A stretch of 64,000 bases of DNA from Pseudomonas phage HPP-Temi, in the sequence record PP968062.1, one strand, 5' to 3'. Below the pieces are notes generated by a model. It saw only the letters and a list, made by a program, of their open reading frames with translations, searched no databases and was not told the origin of the DNA. The position numbers and the translations under genes are program-made. Numbering within the stretch: the first letter of the stretch is position 1; each line of letters opens with the position of its first letter. This document shows, piece after piece, positions 1-9,086 of the stretch.

Positions 1-1464
1 GGTGAAGCTACCGATACCAAGAACTACGTTGCTAGAAGCGAAGCCTTTACGTTCCAGGCGAGACATGATCTGCTCGGTACGGTCTACAGTGATCGAGTCA
101 CCATAGATCAGGCCAACGTATTCGTTCAGGCACTTGAAGCCTTTACTGTTCTCAGTACCACCGAAGGAGTCCCACAGGACTTCAATTGCACCGCGTACTT
201 CCACCTCAGGGATTTCAGTCTCAGAGAGGAAGTTAGACAGACTGACAGCGAGGTCGTTGATCTCGTAGTACTTACCACCTACGCTAACAACTTCGTAACC
301 AGCGTACTCAATGGAACCGTATTCGGCAATGTGTTTCTCGAAATCAACACGATCAGCGAATTTAATCGGATAAGCCATGTAGCCAGTGATGACTTTAACC
401 GGATCACCAGAGTCAGGACGAACAACAACTTTCGCCAGACCCAGCTCGTTCTTCAGACGACTTTCGATTTCTGCACGGATGCTCGGGAGAACATCAGAGA
501 TAACACCCCAGAAGTCGAAGGAATCACAGACCAGCGAAATAATGCCTTCCGGGACTTTCTGAAGAATGATCTCCAGGATGTAGTCACGTTCAGCTTCCAA
601 CCGCAGTTGGTCATGTAGTTCCGGAGTGATCACAGTACCTTCCTCTTGGAGGAAGTTGATCTTCATTTGCAGACGGTACAGGATGTTGGTTGTGGCGACA
701 GCGTGTTCAGTTGCAGTAACTGATGCACCCAACAATTCAGTATCACTGTTAGCACCGTAATACATCTCAGCGTAATCGAGAGCCGGGATGGTATCGGTAC
801 CAGCGAAGCTAGTCAGGTGAGCTGTACCAGAACGCATTGCATCTTCAGGACCACTCATACCACGGAAGCTGAAGTCGTGTGCCTGGAACTTGACGTGCTC
901 ACGGTTATCGCAGGTGCGGTCAGCGTAGTGGTTCAGTACACGCTGATACTCAGCTGCAATAGTTGCGTTACAGATCATCTTCCAGTTGTAGGCACTGACG
1001 ATGGTTTCCAGGTAGTTCACCAGCCAGTAGTGATCATCGTCATCCAGGCTGTTGTAAACCACAAAGGTAGGTACGCCAACATCTACACGTTCGCCTTCGT
1101 CAATAGCCAGCACCGTCAGAGGCAGGTAGCCCAGAGCATGCAGCTTGTACAGACACTCGTGTTTGATAACGCCTTTACCGCACATGTTGTCGAAACGACG
1201 AGCAGCGCGTTTAACAGCGATTTCACGAGGCAGATTGAAGAAGGTACGATCCCACAGTTCTACCAGTTCGTGCCAGGTACCTTGCAGACCGAAGTTAACG
1301 ACTTTGTTGTCGTAGAACGCAGAACAAGACTTCGACCGCAGGAACTGCTTAGCAGAACGCGGGGTGAAGTTTGCATACTTACGTTCAGTACCTTTCGGAT
1401 ACAGAGCGCCATGGCCAGGTTTATAGCAGTCAGTAGCAGTTGCTGCATAGAGAGCATTAGACAT
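1..1464 (-). CDS. nadV: Nicotinamide phosphoribosyltransferase (NAMPT/NadV-like); 3' end cut by window edge
   Basis: Minus-strand frame open from ATG (complement of 1462-1464, preceded by GAGG SD) to position 1. Translation begins MSNALYAATATDCYKPGHGALYPKGTERKYANF... and ends ...RLERKGFASSNVVLGIGSF, which matches the NAMPT family. Not in the ORF track because it runs off the window. Confidence 0.8.
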   Translation of the reverse strand, partial: MSNALYAATATDCYKPGHGALYPKGTERKYANFTPRSAKQFLRSKSCSAFYDNKVVNFGLQGTWHELVELWDRTFFNLPREIAVKRAARRFDNMCGKGVIKHECLYKLHALGYLPLTVLAIDEGERVDVGVPTFVVYNSLDDDDHYWLVNYLETIVSAYNWKMICNATIAAEYQRVLNHYADRTCDNREHVKFQAHDFSFRGMSGPEDAMRSGTAHLTSFAGTDTIPALDYAEMYYGANSDTELLGASVTATEHAVATTNILYRLQMKINFLQEEGTVITPELHDQLRLEAERDYILEIILQKVPEGIISLVCDSFDFWGVISDVLPSIRAEIESRLKNELGLAKVVVRPDSGDPVKVITGYMAYPIKFADRVDFEKHIAEYGSIEYAGYEVVSVGGKYYEINDLAVSLSNFLSETEIPEVEVRGAIEVLWDSFGGTENSKGFKCLNEYVGLIYGDSITVDRTEQIMSRLERKGFASSNVVLGIGSFT

Positions 1465-1480
1465 ATTTTTGATCCTCGGA

Positions 1481-2368
1481 TTAGAAAACAGAATGGGAGA
1501 AGAATTTCGGGTCACGTACACCATCATGCCGATAATCATTTACAGCGTTAGGATGATAGGTGTTAGTGGTCTGGATATAATCGTAGTATTCGTTCAGTTC
1601 GTCGAAACCCTTGGAGAAAATACCATGGGTTACAAACAGACCCAGTTGATCTACGATGCACTGCTCGTGGATAACCTTAGCAAGTTCAATGAACGTGCGG
1701 CCACCATCACAGATGTCATCGATAACCATCAACTTAGCTAGTCGAGGAACTTCATGGGCATTCAACAGCGACGTGTGGGTGATCTTACCAGTCGACAGTT
1801 CACGGTTCTTACAAGCGTACAGTACGCCAGCAGCACCGATCTCTTTCGCAATGGCTTCGGTCTTTTTACGTGCACCTTCATCAGGGGCAACCAACCACCA
1901 GTCACTCGGATTTTCCAGAAGTTGCCCTTCGACACACACCCAGCTTTTGATGATATCTGCTTGGGTAATCTCGCGGCAATTGTTGATGAGTGGCAGCGAC
2001 ACATTACTGTGAGGATCGTACAGGCATACAGACGTAGCGTCCAATGCATTGATCAAACCAGTCATCACACTAATCGACAGAGGTTCACCTTCATCGCAAA
2101 CACGATCTTGTCGTGCGTACGGCAGATAACCAATAACCAAGTGTATTTCAGGACGAATACGCTGGCGACGAATAGCGTCGAATACCAGGAACAGTTCCAT
2201 GATATCGTCACTATTACGAAGCCAAGCATTGATTATGAATCGTTCGCCTTTCTTTCTGAGATCTTTCAGAGGGATCTTGATACCGATCTCACCGCCAGGG
2301 AATTTAAAGGGTTGACAATCGTAGTGATCTGCCAAGCCGTTACCGTGAAGCTGAGTAATTCGAATCAT
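1481..2368 (-). CDS. prs: Ribose-phosphate pyrophosphokinase family (Prs-like; possibly ADP-ribose pyrophosphokinase Adps)
   Basis: 295 aa. Prs motifs are present: ...GYLPYARQDR... and the PRPP-binding loop VIDDICDGGRTF. AGGA SD before the ATG. Confidence 0.8.
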   Translation of the reverse strand: MIRITQLHGNGLADHYDCQPFKFPGGEIGIKIPLKDLRKKGERFIINAWLRNSDDIMELFLVFDAIRRQRIRPEIHLVIGYLPYARQDRVCDEGEPLSISVMTGLINALDATSVCLYDPHSNVSLPLINNCREITQADIIKSWVCVEGQLLENPSDWWLVAPDEGARKKTEAIAKEIGAAGVLYACKNRELSTGKITHTSLLNAHEVPRLAKLMVIDDICDGGRTFIELAKVIHEQCIVDQLGLFVTHGIFSKGFDELNEYYDYIQTTNTYHPNAVNDYRHDGVRDPKFFSHSVF

Positions 2369-2393
2369 TTATTTTTCCTTTAGGAAAGAAGTT

Positions 2394-2416
2394 GGGGACC
2401 GAAGTCCCCGTTCGGG
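2394..2416. terminator. GC hairpin ggggac-cgaa-gtcccc plus second small hairpin
   Basis: Inverted repeat seen directly; lies between the prs start and the rtcB stop. Confidence 0.5.
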
Positions 2417-3670
2417 TTAGCCCTTGACGCAAACAATCTGACGCAGGGTGTGGACGATCTCAATGAGGTCATCCTGAGCAGCCATTACGTCTTCAATGTT
2501 CTTATAAGCCTTTGGAGTCTCGTCGATCACGTCAATGTCTTTCCGGCATTCTACACCGGCAGTATCACGAGCATGATCTTCAAGAGTGAAAGTCTTAGCG
2601 GCTTGGGTTCGGGACATGACACGTCCTGCTCCGTGCGAACACGAACAGAAGGACTCGCGGTTCCCTTTACCTTTCACGATGAAGCTCTTAGCGCCCATCG
2701 ATCCAGGGATAATACCGTACATGCCTTCATCTGCACGCACAGCGCCTTTACGAGTTACGGATACTTTCGCACCGAAGTGGTTCTCGAACGACACGTAGTT
2801 GTGGTGACAGTTTACAGCAGTAAGGCTAGTGTTGATAGGCCGACCCATGTAGTCAGCCACAGCCTCGATTGTTGCACGCATCATGATCGTACGGTTGAGA
2901 GCAGCGTAACGCTGTGCCCAATGTACAGCCTCGATGTAGTCGCTGTAGTACTTGGTACCTTCCGGCAGATAAGCGAGGTCCTGATCAGGCAGATTGATGT
3001 GGTAAAGCCGCATCTCCTCTTTTGCTTTCTCGATAAAGTACCGACCAATTGCGTTACCGATTCCACGAGAACCCGAATGGAGCATGATCCAAACTCGATC
3101 TTGTTCATCCAGACAGATTTCTACGAAGTGGTTACCAGTACCGAGAGTACCTGCGTGGTTGAAAGCACGGTTAGCAGCCTTACCCAGTTTCGGGTGTTTA
3201 GCCACGATGAGCTTCAGTTCCTCTTCAAGCTTCTTAACCTGAGCTTGGAGCTCCGGTTCGAGTTTCTTGTAAACGAGGTTGAAGTCACTCCATGCGCCAC
3301 GATCATTCGGTCCGCCATTGTCAGTACGACCATGAGGGATCCGAGACTCAATACGGTAACGCAGATGTTGCAAGCCACGAGTCATGTCGTTAGCTGTCAG
3401 ATCAGTCAACTGTGCTGCCATTCCACAGCCAATGTCAACCCCTACCGCAGACGGAATGATTGCACCCCGCGTAGCGATTACGGAACCGATGGTTGCACCG
3501 GTACCAAGGTGGACATCAGGCATTACAGCCAGATGCTTATAAATGAACGGGAGTCCCGCAATGTTCTTCAGCTGACGTTTTGCATCAGCTTCAACAGGGA
3601 CGCCTTTAACCCAAGCTTTAATTGGGAATTCATTTTGTTCGTTCAGCATAACGTATTTTTGAGTAGTCAT
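2417..3670 (-). CDS. rtcB: RtcB-family RNA ligase (3'-phosphate/5'-OH)
   Basis: 417 aa. RtcB signatures HAGTLGTGNHFVEI, HSGSRGIGN, NCHHNY and SHGAGR are all present. Confidence 0.85.
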   Translation of the reverse strand: MTTQKYVMLNEQNEFPIKAWVKGVPVEADAKRQLKNIAGLPFIYKHLAVMPDVHLGTGATIGSVIATRGAIIPSAVGVDIGCGMAAQLTDLTANDMTRGLQHLRYRIESRIPHGRTDNGGPNDRGAWSDFNLVYKKLEPELQAQVKKLEEELKLIVAKHPKLGKAANRAFNHAGTLGTGNHFVEICLDEQDRVWIMLHSGSRGIGNAIGRYFIEKAKEEMRLYHINLPDQDLAYLPEGTKYYSDYIEAVHWAQRYAALNRTIMMRATIEAVADYMGRPINTSLTAVNCHHNYVSFENHFGAKVSVTRKGAVRADEGMYGIIPGSMGAKSFIVKGKGNRESFCSCSHGAGRVMSRTQAAKTFTLEDHARDTAGVECRKDIDVIDETPKAYKNIEDVMAAQDDLIEIVHTLRQIVCVKG

Positions 3671-3806
3671 TGTAGACGCTCCGAGAGTTTTAAGGTTTAG
3701 GAATTCAACGAGTTAACGTTGTGCCAAGGTCGGGATCGCAGAATTCCATGGACAGGTAGAGTAATGTCATGCCTGTCCGTATTAGATAAGACTTTTGAGT
3801 AAATTG

Positions 3807-4391
3807 TCATCGGTCCGATTCAACGGACATAGATAACTCTTTATGTTTTCTTCGCCTTTCGACATCGGCGAACCAAGGTCTTACACTGAGCCACATTGCA
3901 GGCCAACTAAGAATAGCAGCTATAGCCATCCATACTGCGCTGAGTAATACCCATGCATCGTTACCATCATCAACATCGCGTGGAGCTATGTCTAGTTGAT
4001 AACCGGTTCCAACGGGGACATGGTGATATGTGTAATCACCGAGCTTGGTTTCGTATACGAAGGGAACACCTTTCATTTTCCCTTCCCAACGACCCTTTAG
4101 CTCGGTATAAACACCGTTCTTGTACTTGTGAGATTCTTCCCATTTCCAGGTCAGTACAACCTGGGTCTTACGTTTGGTAACGTAGTCAGAGAAGAATGAG
4201 TTGTAGACTGCACCACCCATAAATGCTAAGCAGATTAGGTAGAGTACCACACAACGCAGTTTAACCCACTTGGAGATTGGTACATACGGCTCTTGTTTCA
4301 TGGTTATCGTACAGCCGGTTGCGTTTGCATAACCCAAGGGATTCCTTGTGGCCATTGCATATATTGCAGCTGCCTCCGGAGTTATATTCAT
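3807..4391 (-). CDS. hypothetical membrane protein
   Basis: 194 aa with two hydrophobic predicted TM segments (LICLAFMGGAVY..., AWVLLSAVWMAIAAIL...). Confidence 0.4.
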   Translation of the reverse strand: MNITPEAAAIYAMATRNPLGYANATGCTITMKQEPYVPISKWVKLRCVVLYLICLAFMGGAVYNSFFSDYVTKRKTQVVLTWKWEESHKYKNGVYTELKGRWEGKMKGVPFVYETKLGDYTYHHVPVGTGYQLDIAPRDVDDGNDAWVLLSAVWMAIAAILSWPAMWLSVRPWFADVERRRKHKELSMSVESDR

Positions 4392-5215
4392 TTAGGATTC
4401 CCATGGATAAGCTGGAACGTGTCGAACTTGTATTGATCAACGAAGTACCATGCGAGTTCACTCAGCTTAAAGATATCCGGACGTTCGTATTCACCGAAGT
4501 CGGGTTTCTCTTTAGCCAAATGGAAATCGATGAAACGGTCCAATACAGGACAACGATCGATCAAGTCTTGTTCAGTGGAACCTACCTTACAGTTGACCAG
4601 TTCCTGAATACGTTTGTACAGGGTAGGATCAGACAGAATCGGTAGGAGTTCATGGAATACCATCGGTGGATGTTCACGACTAGTCTCAACCCACAATGCT
4701 GCTAACAGTGGACGGAGAGCATAGAAGTATTTCTTCATGCGGACTTTCTCATCCGACAGCCAACGCATCTTGGTTTGCTTGGCCATGGAGATATAGTGCA
4801 TGAAGCTCGATTCGGGAATGAAGTGCTTGATAGCGTAATCACGAATCAGTTTGTAATCCCACTCGATCTTACGGTAAACGATCGGGGAGTTCAACCATTC
4901 CAACAGAGTCGGGTTAGACTTGTAAGCCAGTTGAAGTGTCTTGGTGATACTCCAACCAGCCAGATCGAGTTCCTTGGAAACCATCTCTTCGATGGTGTCA
5001 CGACCTTCGTTATCAACCCGGACATAATGGCTCGGATGGTTAACGTAGATGAAGCGAACATCGTAGTCGCTATTAGTAGAAGCGAAACCCCAACCACGAC
5101 TACCGGACTCACAGGCGTAAATGATCTTTACACCATACTTCTGTTCGATACGAGTTAACTCGGCGTCTATAACTGCACGCATCTCATCACTAACAGGGTG
5201 ACGTGGATCCATCAT
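4388..5215 (-). CDS. Pol-beta-superfamily nucleotidyltransferase (GS-x9-DxD)
   Basis: 275 aa. N-terminal motif YACESGSRGWGFASTNSDYDVRFIY fits hG[GS]x9-13Dh[DE]h of minimal nucleotidyltransferases. Start overlaps the upstream stop (ATGA-type coupling). Confidence 0.5.
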   Translation of the reverse strand: MMDPRHPVSDEMRAVIDAELTRIEQKYGVKIIYACESGSRGWGFASTNSDYDVRFIYVNHPSHYVRVDNEGRDTIEEMVSKELDLAGWSITKTLQLAYKSNPTLLEWLNSPIVYRKIEWDYKLIRDYAIKHFIPESSFMHYISMAKQTKMRWLSDEKVRMKKYFYALRPLLAALWVETSREHPPMVFHELLPILSDPTLYKRIQELVNCKVGSTEQDLIDRCPVLDRFIDFHLAKEKPDFGEYERPDIFKLSELAWYFVDQYKFDTFQLIHGNPK

Positions 5216-5619
5216 TTACCTACCTTTTCAAGTTTGAGTTTCTCTTCATTGCCCGTGTCCAAATACATGAACATCGAATTTCCCAGTAGGTTGTAATACA
5301 TCCAACCTTCCTTAACCACTTGATCGCCATACGTCAGAGGAATGTTCAATTCGTAAATGGCGTCATAAGGGATGACTACAGGATCTTTGTCAGGCTTGTT
5401 GAGGATGAGTGCATCGTCAGTAAGCTCAAGCCATTGCTTACGACTGATGACCCCAAGACCGATACTGAATTCGCTACCTGGGTCTTTCCCATTGAAAATA
5501 CCACAACGGACAGCAGGGTCAACGCGGTCACCAGCGATACAGATTTTCAACGGTTCGGGATTCACACCCATGAGTTCAACAACCAGTTCCAGTTGACGCT
5601 TGAGTTCAATCTTGTTCAC
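5212..5619 (-). CDS. hypothetical protein
   Basis: 135-aa ORF, translationally coupled to its neighbours. Confidence 0.4.
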   Translation of the reverse strand: MNKIELKRQLELVVELMGVNPEPLKICIAGDRVDPAVRCGIFNGKDPGSEFSIGLGVISRKQWLELTDDALILNKPDKDPVVIPYDAIYELNIPLTYGDQVVKEGWMYYNLLGNSMFMYLDTGNEEKLKLEKVGK

Positions 5620-6226
5620 AGTGTAAATTCCTTCGTGTTGTATTGACGTGCAGAGTCAGTCCACCATGTAGGTGTCTGTGCGTAGTAGTACTCACCAAAG
5701 ATACAAGTGGCTAAGGTTTTATCCAAAGCTTCCTGATAAGACAGCTCGCCATCTTTAGTAGCGAAGTGAACCATGTTGTTGAAGCAGGTGATAATGTCAG
5801 CGTTTTCTTTTGTGGAGAAAACAACAGTACCCTTGGCTCCCACTTCGGAATGGATCATCGAGCTCCACGGACGAACACCGCGATCAGTGACCAGATAGAT
5901 ATCTTGTACAGCTGATACGGAAAAGAACGTACGAAGAAGGTTGCTGTAATCGGGTAGGTCTTGCTCGAACAGAATATCGAGGATCTTACAGACCTTATCG
6001 ATCTTCTTCATTTTCTCGGTGTAACGTGCACCGCCATCATTCTCAGTGCAACCGATATTGAAGATGATACTGTAAATGGATTCCACAAGCTTACAGCATT
6101 TGTAGACGTACGGAGTTCCCTTTACTTTAGGAGTCCATACGAAAAGATTGCTCTTTCCTGGATTAGGTTGCTTGAACTGATGGATGCGGTACGGAATACC
6201 TTTTTCAAACAGCAAGAAGTCCATTA
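5616..6226 (-). CDS. hypothetical protein (start moved to the internal Met after the terminator hairpin)
   Basis: The ORF track gives 5616..6383, but that N-terminus reads through the 6252-6275 hairpin. MDFLLFEKGIPY... at 6226 is preceded by GGAGAAAATA-ATG. Confidence 0.45.
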
Positions 6227-6251
6227 TTTTCTCCAAAGGAAATAAGGAAAT

Positions 6252-6275
6252 AAAGCCTCCCCGAAGGGAGGCTTT
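6252..6275. terminator. hairpin aaagcctccc-cgaa-gggaggcttt, bidirectional
   Basis: Perfect 10-bp stem, 4-nt loop, T-run after it on both strands. Confidence 0.6.
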
Positions 6276-6282
6276 TATGTTG

Positions 6283-6543
6283 CTAACGATGCCCTTCGTG
6301 AGTATCGAACTCCAGATCCAATACCACGTTGGTGAATTCCTCCAGCGTACCTTCATCGAAGATACGAGGTTCACTGTCGTCACGATGCATCATACCGACA
6401 GGAGTCTGGTCCCGAAACACCATTAACAAGTCGTGTTTTACCACGACATGGTGATCTTCCCCTACGGAAAGATCTTGGATACGCTGCCAGCGGCTGCGCA
6501 GTAAGCTGCAAGCGACCCATACGGATTTCAAACGTTCAGCCAT
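6283..6543 (-). CDS. hypothetical small protein
   Basis: 86-aa ORF lying between two terminator hairpins. Confidence 0.35.
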   Translation of the reverse strand: MAERLKSVWVACSLLRSRWQRIQDLSVGEDHHVVVKHDLLMVFRDQTPVGMMHRDDSEPRIFDEGTLEEFTNVVLDLEFDTHEGHR

Positions 6544-6609
6544 TGTATTGCCCTCTTGGTTATTGAATTCATGTTGGTGATATAGGGCTAAGATACGTTA
6601 GAATATAAA

Positions 6610-6627
6610 GCCTCCCCGAAGGGAGGC
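6610..6627. terminator. hairpin gcctccc-cgaa-gggaggc
   Basis: Directly 3' of the thyA-like stop. Confidence 0.6.
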
Positions 6628-6634
6628 GTTTATG

Positions 6635-8068
6635 TTAAACAGCAACTTTACCAGCAATGTGCGGATGGAACTGGTAATCCAGGATCTCGTAATCTTCACG
6701 AGTAATATCCAGGAACGGCTTACCTTTGGCCTCAGGCTTGAAGCGGATGGTAGGAGTAGGATAAGTATTGCGGGAACGTTGCAGTGTAACTTGTTCTTCA
6801 TGGTTACTGTAGATATGGCAATCGCCACCAGTCCAGATGAACTCTTCTGCTACCATGTTAAACTGATTCGCCAACTGATGAGTCATCAACGAATAGAACG
6901 TGATGTTGAACGGATTCCCAAGGAAGTTATCGGAAGATCTTTGATAGAGCTGACAGCTGATCCCACGGGAAGGAGCTTTATGCTCATCCAACCAAGCTAC
7001 TACAGCCTCATCAGTAGCGGCCGCATCACCACGCCAAATCCTCAGATGGGCTTTGACTTGTTCTGCGTTACCGAACGGAGGTTGACCACGAGTAGTTCCA
7101 CCACTGTGTTGGTCGTGATAAGCATCCTCTTCGAATTGGCTTTGATCCAGAGCCTGCACTCTTTCGTCTACGGTCAGCTTACGAGTCCAGAACTGAATGA
7201 AGGCATGACACGGAGGCAATGCTTGATCTTCAACCAGACGAGGATCCCAGGCGCAGATGATAAGACGACGACTATCTGGGTTATGTTTAAGTTGCCACAG
7301 AAGTTCTTGAACCTGATCCACACGGCGACGGATAACACATTCATCTTTCGTGTAGTCTTCGCCAGGTACGTCAACTACGAACTTAAAGCCGCGCTTCTCG
7401 TAATTAGCCCAGTCTACTTTAGGAATGATACGAACATCATCGATATCACGCCAGGTTTTACCATAGACCGGACCAAGATCACCGCCAACTAAACGGAAGG
7501 CAGACAACAGACCATCGCTGTCTTTAATCACGATCTTTGCATCACCGATGACAATACGATATACACGTAGAGCCATTCCATAGTAGTCGAATGCATCGGG
7601 ACCAGGACCGAAACGACTTACATCGGCCCACGTCTTCAGATTAATTAGAAGTAGTGCCGGTTTGTCCTGTTCAGGATCAATCCACTTCCAATCGATATCA
7701 CCGATCTCATTGCTGAAATGCATCTCAAACGGAATGTTCTTGAACTTCTTCTGAACAGCTGTAGTCAGCCATTCGTCGGAAACGCGTTCGAATACTTCGG
7801 TACCCGGTTTAACCCATTCGTTCCAGATGGTGACGTTCTTGCTCAGGAGATATTCTAGGCGAGTGTCACCAGACTTCATCCAGTTGAGTTCTTCTTCAAC
7901 GGAAGGCAAGTGGATCTTCTTGGTGGTTACTACCGGAAGGTTTCCGTTACGGAGATCATAACGGAACTGCCTACCGAACAGAGAGGTCGTACCAGTGCCG
8001 GTACGATCCCCTTTGAATACACCGTACTTCTGTGTATCTTCCAGTAACTGTAGGTATTGATGCATCAA
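6635..8068 (-). CDS. thyA: Thymidylate synthase family (ThyA or dUMP hydroxymethylase-like) with three large insertions
   Basis: 477 aa. DRTGTGTTSLFGRQFRYDL, LPVVTTKK, DLGPVYGKTWR, PPCHAFIQFW (catalytic Cys), SCQLYQRSSDNFLGNPFNI and TGGDCHIYSNH align with E. coli ThyA. About 112 aa, 25 aa and 72 aa are inserted relative to the 264-aa enzyme. Confidence 0.8.
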   Translation of the reverse strand: MMHQYLQLLEDTQKYGVFKGDRTGTGTTSLFGRQFRYDLRNGNLPVVTTKKIHLPSVEEELNWMKSGDTRLEYLLSKNVTIWNEWVKPGTEVFERVSDEWLTTAVQKKFKNIPFEMHFSNEIGDIDWKWIDPEQDKPALLLINLKTWADVSRFGPGPDAFDYYGMALRVYRIVIGDAKIVIKDSDGLLSAFRLVGGDLGPVYGKTWRDIDDVRIIPKVDWANYEKRGFKFVVDVPGEDYTKDECVIRRRVDQVQELLWQLKHNPDSRRLIICAWDPRLVEDQALPPCHAFIQFWTRKLTVDERVQALDQSQFEEDAYHDQHSGGTTRGQPPFGNAEQVKAHLRIWRGDAAATDEAVVAWLDEHKAPSRGISCQLYQRSSDNFLGNPFNITFYSLMTHQLANQFNMVAEEFIWTGGDCHIYSNHEEQVTLQRSRNTYPTPTIRFKPEAKGKPFLDITREDYEILDYQFHPHIAGKVAV

Positions 8069-8403
8069 ACACCCCCGTCGTTAGAGGCTACTACCAGATC
8101 ACCCGGAAGACCCAGAGCTTTATGAGTGGCTGCTTCAACAGCTTTCAAGAGAGTCTCCATGTTGTTGGTAGGATGTCCGAGGTGAGGGTCAGTGAGGAAA
8201 CCGATCTCGAACTTTTGGGGTACCTGATCGATAGCTCCGAAATCTACATCGGGACTATTAACCGGATAACCGAGATGGATACCTTTGATCACTTTACGGT
8301 CATGACCGATAGCAATGAAATCCATAGTGGCGCGGTTATGGACTACTGCCCAGGCACCAGTGGATTGCAGTAGGTTACGAGTTACGATTTCAGAAATTGC
8401 CAT
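8065..8403 (-). CDS. hypothetical protein
   Basis: 112-aa ORF, tightly packed. Confidence 0.4.
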   Translation of the reverse strand: MAISEIVTRNLLQSTGAWAVVHNRATMDFIAIGHDRKVIKGIHLGYPVNSPDVDFGAIDQVPQKFEIGFLTDPHLGHPTNNMETLLKAVEAATHKALGLPGDLVVASNDGGV

Positions 8404-8788
8404 CTTCTACCACCTTCATGAACTTTGCGGTTACTTGGAGAACGATACCAGATTCGGCTCGGTCAGTGTCGCCATCGGATACGTAATGGATCTTACCGGC
8501 GTCTACCCAAACACGGGCGCCGTTAAGAGGGAAACCATCGGTAGCCATGTAATGGACTTCAGTGAAATCACCAACACTGTTCTCAGTGCGGGCTACACCC
8601 ATCAGGTGATCAACACCCATACTGGGAAGACCCATACCAGCGTTGTCGAAAGCCTTCACTTCAGTGAGACCCGTGATGTAATAACCACGACCGAGTGCAA
8701 CGGACATCTCGTAGTTATTAAAGGGAGTCAGGATATACCTGACTTCGTTGTCTTGAGGAAGCTTGATTGCATTACCCATTTTAAGCAC
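8390..8788 (-). CDS. hypothetical protein
   Basis: 132-aa ORF overlapping its neighbour by 14 nt. Confidence 0.4.
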   Translation of the reverse strand: MLKMGNAIKLPQDNEVRYILTPFNNYEMSVALGRGYYITGLTEVKAFDNAGMGLPSMGVDHLMGVARTENSVGDFTEVHYMATDGFPLNGARVWVDAGKIHYVSDGDTDRAESGIVLQVTAKFMKVVEDGNF

Positions 8789-9086
8789 CTTTGAATTTTA
8801 CAGCTTGGCCACTGAAAATGAATTCGTAGTTATCGGCATGCTTCCGTTCAGTCAGAAGCCGCGCCGAGTTACTGAATTCATCGTATTTAACAACAGCGAT
8901 GATCATGTTGTTACGTTTGTCGTAATACTGGATGGTGTTGTCATCGGTCTCGATGGAACCGAGATCAATAACTTCCTCACCATGTTTGATGGAAGTCAAT
9001 GCACGACGAACAGGAGTAACGCCGAAGTCGACTTTGTATTTAGCCAACGCATCGTCTGCGGTGCTTTCAACTACGTAACTAATCAT
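8781..9086 (-). CDS. hypothetical protein
   Basis: 101-aa ORF. Confidence 0.4.
   Translation of the reverse strand: MISYVVESTADDALAKYKVDFGVTPVRRALTSIKHGEEVIDLGSIETDDNTIQYYDKRNNMIIAVVKYDEFSNSARLLTERKHADNYEFIFSGQAVKFKGA

Noticed and set aside
817-1551. Plus-strand ORFs lying inside NadV, Prs and RtcB: 817..1551, 1469..1741, 1656..2012, 1754..2383, 2450..3700 and 2586..2798.
   Set aside because: They are shadow ORFs antisense to strongly supported minus-strand genes. Their translations are low-complexity and have no start context.
5616-6383. Extended N-termini of track ORFs 5616..6383 and 38341..39471.
   Set aside because: The extensions read through terminator hairpins or lack an SD. Internal Mets with good SDs were used instead (6226 and 39411).
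6184-6426. ORFs that begin with the ATG inside the ctttATG arm of hairpins, for example 6184..6426, 6632..7492 and 34439..34804.
   Set aside because: The ATG is part of the palindromic terminator arm. These ORFs run antisense through real genes.
6635-8068. Inteins as the source of the ThyA insertions.
   Set aside because: The inserted segments lack intein block A/G signatures (no Cys/Ser at the N-junction, no HN plus Cys/Ser/Thr at the C-junction) and are not placed at the catalytic Cys.
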